Shown here: positions 7,901-14,730 of the stretch, one piece after another
Layout of the letters: each line of letters starts with the position of its first letter
How positions within the stretch are numbered: the stretch's first letter is position 1
DNA from: Elusimicrobiota bacterium
Lineage (GTDB): Bacteria; Elusimicrobiota; Endomicrobiia; CG1-02-37-114; JAHJSO01
NCBI GenBank assembly: GCA_043826435.1
Contig: JBDRQF010000021.1
Span: 1-16,030, forward strand
Reading direction: 5' to 3'
DNA length: 16,030 nucleotides
Translations under genes and position numbers: made by a program
The notes under the pieces: generated by a model
Database searches by the model: none
What the model was told of the DNA's origin: nothing
The model's input: only the letters and a program-made list of their open reading frames with translations

Positions 7901-8657
7901 ACTTAAAAATGTAAGCAAGCACTTTACCGTCCAGTCCGGGATACTCCGGACCACGGCCGCCAGAATTGTCGCCGTTGACGACGTGTCTTTAAGGATAGGA
8001 CAGGATGAAATCGTCGGGCTGGTGGGTGAATCCGGCGGCGGCAAAACAACCATAGGGAAAATGATAGCGGGCCTTTACAGTCCCGATAGCGGGCATATTC
8101 TTATTGACGACAAGCCGCTTGAGCAGTGGGGCAGAAGGTCTCTTGCCAAAAAGGTGAACATGATATTCCAGGACCCGTTCAGTTCCCTGAACCCTAAACT
8201 TTCCGTTGGAACGATACTCGGGGAAACAATACGCATGGCGGACGGTCGTCGGACGCGTCAACAACTAACCATTGAAACGCAAAAACTCCTCGCGACCGTG
8301 GGCCTCAGTGAAAATTCAATGGACAACTACCCTCACCAGTTCTCGGGCGGACAGAGACAGCGGGTTGCAATTGCAAGGGCGCTTTCGTTAAAACCCGAAC
8401 TGATTATCGCCGACGAGCCGGTTTCAAGCCTGGACGTATCAATCCAGTCGCAGATAATAGGTCTTTTTTTGGATCTGAAAAAAAAGTTCCGTCTCTCATA
8501 CCTCTTTATCACGCATGATTTGAATGTGGTGGCGGACCTGTGCAACAGGATAATCATACTTGAAGGGGGACGTATCGTTGAACAGGGCGGGACGCAGGAT
8601 GTGTTGAAAAATCCCCGGCACCCGTACACCAAAAAACTTCTGTCGGCGCTGATATGA
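7887..8657 (+). CDS. Peptide ABC transporter ATP-binding protein (AppF/OppF/DppF-like)
   Basis: GESGGGKT, YPHQFSGGQRQR, IIADEPVSSLD, PRHPYTKKLL. Start reassigned to ATG 7887 (MAIVELKNVSKHF), with GGGAG at 7873-7877. Confidence 0.94.
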   Translation: MAIVELKNVSKHFTVQSGILRTTAARIVAVDDVSLRIGQDEIVGLVGESGGGKTTIGKMIAGLYSPDSGHILIDDKPLEQWGRRSLAKKVNMIFQDPFSSLNPKLSVGTILGETIRMADGRRTRQQLTIETQKLLATVGLSENSMDNYPHQFSGGQRQRVAIARALSLKPELIIADEPVSSLDVSIQSQIIGLFLDLKKKFRLSYLFITHDLNVVADLCNRIIILEGGRIVEQGGTQDVLKNPRHPYTKKLLSALI

Positions 8658-10114
8658 AAAAACTAAAAAATATTCTCCGGTACCTGATGAAACACAAAAT
8701 AAAGGCATGGATTGTAGGCGGCTACCCGAGGGACATGCTGCTTAAAAAAAACACCCCCGACATTGACATAGTCCTGCAGGGAAATGCCCGGCAGGTATCC
8801 GAAAAGATTTCAAAAAAATTCAAATTGACGCTCGTCGTCCTGCATGAAGAGAAAAGGATATACCGTTTAATCTGCGACGGTTGCCACCTGGACTTCAGCC
8901 AAATCCGCGGGAAAACGCTCCTGAATGACCTCAGCCGCAGGGACTTTACAATAAACTCCATGGCGATTGAAATAAACCCTCTTACATCAAAGGCGATTGC
9001 GACCGGGGCGAAAACACTGATAATTGACCCGTTCGGCGGCAGGTCGGCTTTAAGGAACAAACGGATAGACGTAATATCTGAAAAAAACCTTATTGACGAC
9101 CCTTTAAGAATTCTGAGGGCTTACCGTCTCGCATCCACACTGGGGTTCGGCATCACAAAAAAAACAAGGAGGGGAATCAGAAAATATTCATCCCTTGTCC
9201 TGCACCCGGCAAAGGAAAGAATAAGAGACGAAATATCAAAGATTTTATCCGTGAACAATTCATACGGGACGCTGGACGAACTTTACGGGGACGGCGTCCT
9301 TGAAAAAATATTCCCTGAAATACGGATAATGAAAAACAGCCCCGGCAGGTTTTACTTCCACCCGGGCGGCCTGTGGGAACACTCACTTAAAGCCCTTAGA
9401 GGCATTGAAAAAATCCTCAGTGACGCAAAAAAACACTTCCCCGGTCTCTCCGGCGAAATAACCGCCCATATCTCCACGCGGCTCGTCCTGATTAAGATTG
9501 TTACGCTGTTTCACGACATAGCAAAACCTGCAACGGTAAGAAAGATAGACGGTAGGGTGAGGTTTTTCGGGCATGAGTCCGTCGGGGCGAAAATGGTAAA
9601 ACGGATTCTTACCCGTTTGAGGTTTTCCGGGAAAGACGTCTCTTCCGCCGTTAAAATGGTCCAACACCACATGAGGGCGGGCAACCTTTTCCAGGCAAAA
9701 TTTCTTACGCACAAGGCGGTTTACAGGTTTTTCAGGGATACGGGCAATGAAGCCGTTGACATATTTCTGCTGTCGTGCGCGGACAGGCTGTCATACGTCG
9801 GGGTTACGTCGGGGATTAAGGATGTTGAAAAATTCATCGCCTTCGCCGGTAAAATGATTGAAAGGTATTTTGAATTCAGGCGCAAGGCGGAACAGCCGAA
9901 ACTTTTAAACGGCCATGTCCTGATGAAAAAATTTAACCTTGAGCCGGGGCCCGTTATCGGGGAACTTTTAAGGATTGTTGACGAATACCGCTCTGCAGGC
10001 AAAATAGAAACTGCCGGCCAGGCGTTGCATCTCCTCCGAAAAAAACTACCTAAAATTCTTAAGAAATTTAAGCGTAAGAAGACAACTCTGAAGAAAACCG
10101 ATAAAGTTAAGTGA
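8654..10114 (+). CDS. cca: Class II tRNA nucleotidyltransferase with HD domain, probably CC-adding type
   Basis: VGGYPRD...DIDIV, DLSRRDFTINSMA, IIDPFGG, DDPLRILRAYR, ERIRDE. HD domain: WEHS...FHDIAKP...GHE...HHM...AD. The start overlaps the upstream stop (ATGA 8654-8657). Confidence 0.9.
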   Translation: MKKLKNILRYLMKHKIKAWIVGGYPRDMLLKKNTPDIDIVLQGNARQVSEKISKKFKLTLVVLHEEKRIYRLICDGCHLDFSQIRGKTLLNDLSRRDFTINSMAIEINPLTSKAIATGAKTLIIDPFGGRSALRNKRIDVISEKNLIDDPLRILRAYRLASTLGFGITKKTRRGIRKYSSLVLHPAKERIRDEISKILSVNNSYGTLDELYGDGVLEKIFPEIRIMKNSPGRFYFHPGGLWEHSLKALRGIEKILSDAKKHFPGLSGEITAHISTRLVLIKIVTLFHDIAKPATVRKIDGRVRFFGHESVGAKMVKRILTRLRFSGKDVSSAVKMVQHHMRAGNLFQAKFLTHKAVYRFFRDTGNEAVDIFLLSCADRLSYVGVTSGIKDVEKFIAFAGKMIERYFEFRRKAEQPKLLNGHVLMKKFNLEPGPVIGELLRIVDEYRSAGKIETAGQALHLLRKKLPKILKKFKRKKTTLKKTDKVK

Positions 10115-10852
10115 CCTCAACTGTTCGCTGAACAGCAGGGGGGTATGCACTCCTTCGCCCGGGACAAGTCGCAGTTTAACGTCCTTCCCAAGGTAGAGCA
10201 TCTTGTAATACAGTTCAAGCGAATGGTCAACGGGAACAATTTTATCGTTTTTACCGTGCACAAGCATAACCGGGCAGTCAATATATGGCACAAAGTTGGT
10301 CGGTGACCTTGATATATATTCCTGGGGTTTTATGTGAGGCATAGCGTAGATATGTTTCAGGTAGAGTTTAAGCAGCCCGACCCTCGGGTCGTCTTTGGGG
10401 CGCGTCATCGTGTAGGCGGTTGCATAATAATACGCCCGGGCAAGGTCCGCGAAAGGCGCCAGGGCAGCGATACCGGCAATGCCCAATTCTTTCTGGTATT
10501 TTGCCGCTATGTTTAACATTGAGGCGGCGCCCATGCTCACACCCACAAGGAGTGTCTTACTGTCAACAAATTCAAAACTGCTGCGGGCATACCTTATTGC
10601 GCTTACTATGTCTTCTATCTCTCCGCGCGCAATCTCTATCCTGTTATACTCGGTGGCAACCACTGCAAAACCATAAAGCGAAATAATCTGCGCAAAAAGT
10701 GGTATCTCCCATACCCTGAACTGCAACCCCACGTCAAAAGCCACGAGCGGTATCTTCCTGCCCGGGACGAGACGGCTCGGCTTGCACAATTGAGCCCTCA
10801 GTTGCCTTTTGTCCGACTTATGCCAGAAATCAATCTTTTCAACGCCTAACAT
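10046..10852 (-). CDS. Alpha/beta hydrolase (S9 peptidase/esterase-like), no signal peptide
   Basis: Nucleophile elbow GVSMG, acid in VHGKNDKIVP, His in GEGVH. SD AGGT lies upstream. The 3' end overlaps the convergent nucleotidyltransferase gene by 69 bp. Confidence 0.88.
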   Translation of the reverse strand: MLGVEKIDFWHKSDKRQLRAQLCKPSRLVPGRKIPLVAFDVGLQFRVWEIPLFAQIISLYGFAVVATEYNRIEIARGEIEDIVSAIRYARSSFEFVDSKTLLVGVSMGAASMLNIAAKYQKELGIAGIAALAPFADLARAYYYATAYTMTRPKDDPRVGLLKLYLKHIYAMPHIKPQEYISRSPTNFVPYIDCPVMLVHGKNDKIVPVDHSLELYYKMLYLGKDVKLRLVPGEGVHTPLLFSEQLRSLNFIGFLQSCLLTLKFLKNFR

Positions 10853-10908
10853 ATTGTTTTACCTGTCGCTCTAACGTTCTAAAAAACCAGTTTTTGAACG
10901 CCCATCAA

Positions 10909-10937
10909 ATTCTATCAAAATAAAAAAAAATTATCAA
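10909..10937 (-). promoter_or_regulatory. Sigma70-type promoter for the alpha/beta hydrolase
   Basis: Minus strand TTGATA (10937-10932), 17-bp spacer, TGnTAGAAT (-10 at 10914-10909). Confidence 0.65.
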
Positions 10938-10945
10938 AGCAGGCC

Positions 10946-13000
10946 TCAGAAGTTATACGATATGCTAAACTCCGTCCACCTGCCCGGCTGGACAACGCCC
11001 GGGATTTCCTCATACCTTTCATCCAGCAGGTTTTCAACCTTCGCCCCGATTTCAAACCCGTGAACTTTTCTTGAAAGTTTGAGAGAATAAACGGCATAAC
11101 CCTTCTCCTGTTGCCTTTCTTTATACACGCCCGTCAGCCCGTACCTAAATCCAAACGGCAGGTCATAGAGCATCGTCGCCGAAACATAATTTACCGGGTT
11201 GCGCAAGGCATACTTTGAATTCTTTGCACTCAATTCGTAGTTATCGCTCAGCAGGTTGTCGGTCCGGCAATATTCAAACCTGAAAAAGTGAAAATCAACA
11301 AAGACCTCAAAACCCTGCCTCCTGAGACCGCCTATATTCATCGCCACATATTTCCTGCTGCCTGCCGGGGATTCAACCCAATCAAGCACGTCCACCTCAT
11401 CCCTTACAAAAAGATTAACGCCAACCCCGGGCAGTTTCCCTGCCCCGTGACTTATCGTCCGGGTTTCCGCCGGACTTTTCAAACCGCCGGACTGTCTGAA
11501 ATTATACTCCCATCCGGCGCCATGGTTCCACAATACTTCAGGCCTCAGGTTTGTGTCTCCCTTATTAACGAGGTCCTCGTAATACAGTTCGGTAAAGGAA
11601 GGCAGACGGTAAGACCTTGCAGAATAAAAATGCATCCTTGACGAACCCGCCAGTTTGAAATCAGCATATAACTCGGGAAGGAATATCGTGTTTGTGTTAA
11701 AGTTGAAATTATTGTAGCCGCCCCTGAATACAACTTTAAATGAGTTGAATACTACGGGGTAAACACCTGCATCGGGTGAAACACCCCCGGTTGAATTGTC
11801 TGCATCCGAAGATTTAATCTCCCACGCCGCCCACACATTACATCTGAATACGTTGTGCCGTCCCAGTCCTCCCTTTGTCCCGGTACTCTCTATGTCGTCA
11901 TAAAACGGCTCAATTCCGAAATCCGTCCCGGGAAGGTTGCGGGGGCTGAAAACCACATTGCCCCCTGATGAATTATTCGTGTGGACGTTCGTATAAACGG
12001 ACGGTTTGTTTTCAATCAATACAAATGTATCATGGTGTCTCCTGAAAGACAGGTCCGCCCTGAAGGGACTTGTGCGACCGGATGCATCAAGTTTTGCAAA
12101 GTATGTCTTCGTGGACTCTCTTGAAGGAAAATTCCTGCCCGGCGTGTAAAAATCATAGGCACCGAAAACCTTGTCTGTATAGCCGAGCGACAGGTTCACG
12201 TTATTATTGCGCGTGATTTTTGAGAAAAGGTTTATTATGTCAAAATCATAACGGTAACCCCTCGGTGTGCCTACCGGACTTTCAACGGGATAGCCGTCTG
12301 ATTTATCCCTTGAAACGGTAAGATACCCGGTTAGCGGATTGCTTTCGTCACGGATTGCGGTTTGATTTCTATTGTCCCCGGCAGCGTGCAACCTTTGGGC
12401 GGACGTTTGTACATCCCTACGGTTAAATATTGCACCTGTGTTTCCGACTCCTCCCGCCGATAAATTAACCGCCGTCCTGTATGTCCCATAGTCGCCTGCT
12501 GACAGACCTACAGACACGCCCCTTCCGGCAGGTGTCCGCGTGACAATATTAACTGTGCCGCCTGAAAGTCCGCGGTATATTTCTATCCTCTCTATATCAA
12601 CGACGGATACGGGAAAATCGCTCTTGTGATGTCCTGTCTGGGGGTCTCTTATTTCCGTCCCGTCAATCAGGACACGTGTCTGTTCAAAAGTTGACCCCCT
12701 TACTGAAATGTCCGACTGGACGCCCCCGTCACCCCTGGACTGCACGTCAAAACCCATAACAGACAGCAGGTCAGCGATAGAATCAACGGGTAACCTTTCA
12801 ATCTCTGCTTTCGTGATAACAACGGTCGGCATGAGGGCGGTGCCCCGGGGCCCGTTTATATCCTCCCGCTGCGGCAGTATCCTCTTTTCCACGGACACAT
12901 AAACTTCCGGCACATCCGACGACAAAACCTCTTTGAACCCTGAGGTTAAAAAAAGCAAAACATACAAACAACAAATCGTCTTCATTCCTTTTCTTTTCAT
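10946..13000 (-). CDS. TonB-dependent outer-membrane receptor
   Basis: Signal peptide and TonB-box-like EVYVS. Plug motifs DVQSRG, DISVRGSTFEQTRVLIDG, DPQTGHH, IERIEI, GGTVNIVT. Barrel motifs SYRLPSFTELY, NLRPE, VENLLDERY. C-terminus PGRWTEFSISYNF. SD AAAGGA. Confidence 0.93.
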   Translation of the reverse strand: MKRKGMKTICCLYVLLFLTSGFKEVLSSDVPEVYVSVEKRILPQREDINGPRGTALMPTVVITKAEIERLPVDSIADLLSVMGFDVQSRGDGGVQSDISVRGSTFEQTRVLIDGTEIRDPQTGHHKSDFPVSVVDIERIEIYRGLSGGTVNIVTRTPAGRGVSVGLSAGDYGTYRTAVNLSAGGVGNTGAIFNRRDVQTSAQRLHAAGDNRNQTAIRDESNPLTGYLTVSRDKSDGYPVESPVGTPRGYRYDFDIINLFSKITRNNNVNLSLGYTDKVFGAYDFYTPGRNFPSRESTKTYFAKLDASGRTSPFRADLSFRRHHDTFVLIENKPSVYTNVHTNNSSGGNVVFSPRNLPGTDFGIEPFYDDIESTGTKGGLGRHNVFRCNVWAAWEIKSSDADNSTGGVSPDAGVYPVVFNSFKVVFRGGYNNFNFNTNTIFLPELYADFKLAGSSRMHFYSARSYRLPSFTELYYEDLVNKGDTNLRPEVLWNHGAGWEYNFRQSGGLKSPAETRTISHGAGKLPGVGVNLFVRDEVDVLDWVESPAGSRKYVAMNIGGLRRQGFEVFVDFHFFRFEYCRTDNLLSDNYELSAKNSKYALRNPVNYVSATMLYDLPFGFRYGLTGVYKERQQEKGYAVYSLKLSRKVHGFEIGAKVENLLDERYEEIPGVVQPGRWTEFSISYNF

Positions 13001-13095
13001 AAATTTTTCCTTTCCGGCGCCATTACCATGCGCTATTGCTATACGTCATTGCTATGTCCGCACCTCCGGCGCTGATTCTTTGCTGCATTGTTTTT

Positions 13096-13125
13096 TGTCA
13101 ACCACTTGTATTTTATAGGTTGACA
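13096..13125. promoter_or_regulatory. BirA operator-like palindrome TGTCAACC-N14-GGTTGACA
   Basis: Perfect 8-bp arms at 13096-13103 and 13118-13125. Matches the bioO-type BirA signal TGT(A/C/T)AAC(C)-N14-16-(G)GTT(T/G/A)ACA. Lies 22 bp after the birA stop and 95 bp before the receptor start. Confidence 0.75.
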
Positions 13126-13147
13126 TTTAATTTAAAAAAATATATGC

Positions 13148-14218
13148 CTACCTAATATGGATACAGTCGCCTGCGCTGACCTCAACCCTCCCGTCGCCGG
13201 TTCTGACAACCAGCGCCCCGGAACCCGTCAGCCCTTCCGCCTTTCCCGTAATACTGCTGCCGTCCATCATTATCCGGACATTCCTGCCGAGCGTGTCCGA
13301 AAACGATTCCCACTCTTTGAATATATTCCGTACGGCCGTTCTGTTAATCCGGCGGGACGTTCCCTTCCCGGCGACTGCATCCCTGCCGTCCCCTGCCCCG
13401 CAGACCCTGCCATACAAACCGGCAAACTCTACCAGGACATGTCTTACAATTTCAACTCTCGGTATGTACTTTAAAAAATCCGCGCCCTTGCTTAAACCGG
13501 CCGCGGTAAGTTCTTTCTCAAGCGAGGTAAACCTGAAATTGCCGCCTTCCGCCTTTTTGACTTTTTCATAATTAACTACGTTCATCCCGATACCGAGGAC
13601 AACCCATTTGACACTGTCAATCTCTGCATCCATTTCAATGAGCGCCCCGCAAATCTTCTTACCCGACAACAGGACGTCGTTCGGCCATTTTACCCTTGCG
13701 GGCAACCCGAACAATTTTTTTAATGTGCGGGCCACCGATAGTGAGGCGACGACGTTCAGCACCGGGACGTCGGAAGGTGCCATTGCAGGCCGGAGTATTA
13801 CTGAAAAATAAATCCCGCCGGACGGGGAAACCCATCTCCTGTTCAACCTGCCCCTGCCCTGCGTCTGGTGTTCCGCGATAACAAGACAACCCTCCGGTTT
13901 ACCCTCCATAGCCAGAGCCCTGGCTATGTCCATAGTTGAACCTATACCATCAAAATAGTACACCCGCTTTATGAATTTTTGGATTGCCGGGACCGACAAA
14001 ATCTCGGCAGGCAGTACCTTGTCGGGAGTAGAAACAAACATGTAGCCCTTTTTCCGCCTGCCCCGGACGACATAGCCGTGTTTCTTTAGTTTTTGTACGA
14101 ATTTCCAAACAGCGTTCCTTGAAATGCCGAATTCGTCCGCTATGTTTTTCCCCGAAACCCACCCGTCGGATTTTTTCAGCCGCTGAAGAATTTCAGAGCG
14201 CCCCGTATTTTCTTTCAT
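13148..14218 (-). CDS. birA: Bifunctional biotin repressor / biotin--[acetyl-CoA-carboxylase] ligase (type II BirA)
   Basis: N-terminal wHTH WVSGKNIADEFGISRNAVWKFVQKLKKHGY. Ligase motifs GSTM, QTQGRGRLNRRW, KWPNDV, KKICGALIE, GIGMNV. C-terminal SH3-like GALVV...SAGD. Confidence 0.97.
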   Translation of the reverse strand: MKENTGRSEILQRLKKSDGWVSGKNIADEFGISRNAVWKFVQKLKKHGYVVRGRRKKGYMFVSTPDKVLPAEILSVPAIQKFIKRVYYFDGIGSTMDIARALAMEGKPEGCLVIAEHQTQGRGRLNRRWVSPSGGIYFSVILRPAMAPSDVPVLNVVASLSVARTLKKLFGLPARVKWPNDVLLSGKKICGALIEMDAEIDSVKWVVLGIGMNVVNYEKVKKAEGGNFRFTSLEKELTAAGLSKGADFLKYIPRVEIVRHVLVEFAGLYGRVCGAGDGRDAVAGKGTSRRINRTAVRNIFKEWESFSDTLGRNVRIMMDGSSITGKAEGLTGSGALVVRTGDGRVEVSAGDCIHIR

Positions 14219-14227
14219 ACCGGAATA

Positions 14228-14257
14228 AGTATATCATATATTTAATTTTCATGTCAA
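14228..14257 (-). promoter_or_regulatory. Sigma70-type promoter for birA, near-leaderless
   Basis: Minus strand TTGACA (14257-14252), 18-bp spacer, TGnTATACT (-10 at 14233-14228), only 9 nt before the ATG. No SD is visible. Confidence 0.65.
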
Positions 14258-14263
14258 ATATCA

Positions 14264-14299
14264 GTCAATGAAATTTCTATTGTATGGTTTTTCATTGAC
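14264..14299. promoter_or_regulatory. Inverted repeat GTCAATGAAA-N16-TTTCATTGAC centred between divergent promoters
   Basis: Perfect 10-bp arms at 14264-14273 and 14290-14299, each 6 bp from a TTGACA -35 box. Confidence 0.6.
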
Positions 14300-14305
14300 C
14301 GGGAC

Positions 14306-14334
14306 TTGACAAATTTTTTGGAAATTGGTATCAT
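14306..14334 (+). promoter_or_regulatory. Sigma70-type promoter for the CTD protein / barrel unit
   Basis: TTGACA (14306-14311), 17-bp spacer, TGnTATCAT (-10 at 14329-14334). Confidence 0.75.
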
Positions 14335-14362
14335 AACAAAGATAAATTCGGGGGGAGTGGCT

Positions 14363-14725
14363 ATGCGATACATAATAATGTTTGTAATGGTAGCGATGTT
14401 GTTCCCGGCAATGGCTGCGGTGGACGGGCTGGAGATTAAAAGTATCCACTCCCGCACATTCTCGCCCAATAACGACGGCTACAACGACAGATTGATAATC
14501 GTGTATGACAACCCGCTTGAAGAGCTGGTGTCAGGCAAGATATACGACATCAGGGGTGCATACGTCGCAGACATGGAAGGCACAGGCGCAATGACAGTGG
14601 ATAGAACTATGCTTGAATGGGGCGGCAAGGACAGTTCAGGGGAGCCGTCGCCGAGCGGCGTATATATCTACCAGATAAAGTGCGGCAACAGTGTGTATAA
14701 TGGTCCTGTAATACTGGCCAGGTAA
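14363..14725 (+). CDS. Secreted stand-alone gliding-motility-associated C-terminal domain (T9SS type-B CTD / CHU_C / FlgD-Ig-like) protein
   Basis: Start at ATG 14363 with SD GGGGAG. Signal peptide MRYIIMFVMVAMLFPAMA, then FSPNNDGYND, KIYDIRG, WGGKDSSG, SGVYIYQI, NGPVILAR. Confidence 0.85.
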   Translation: MRYIIMFVMVAMLFPAMAAVDGLEIKSIHSRTFSPNNDGYNDRLIIVYDNPLEELVSGKIYDIRGAYVADMEGTGAMTVDRTMLEWGGKDSSGEPSPSGVYIYQIKCGNSVYNGPVILAR

Positions 14726-14730
14726 AAAAC

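Noticed and set aside
12736..12745. TGGACTGCAC matching the first 10 nt of the IS3 inverted repeat
   Set aside because: It lies in conserved receptor plug codons (DVQSR), does not extend further, and has no transposase nearby.
13096..13125. Intrinsic terminator for birA
   Set aside because: The loop is 14 nt, the stem is only moderately GC-rich, and it is followed by A's rather than U's on the birA strand.
13001..13147. Cobalamin riboswitch upstream of a BtuB-like receptor
   Set aside because: The intergenic region is only 147 bp and I see no B12-box or GGGAA...GCCACTG core on the minus strand. The BirA-type palindrome explains the region better.
14306..14362. ORF-track start at TTG 14306
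   Set aside because: That TTG is the -35 box. ATG 14363 has an SD and begins a clean signal peptide.
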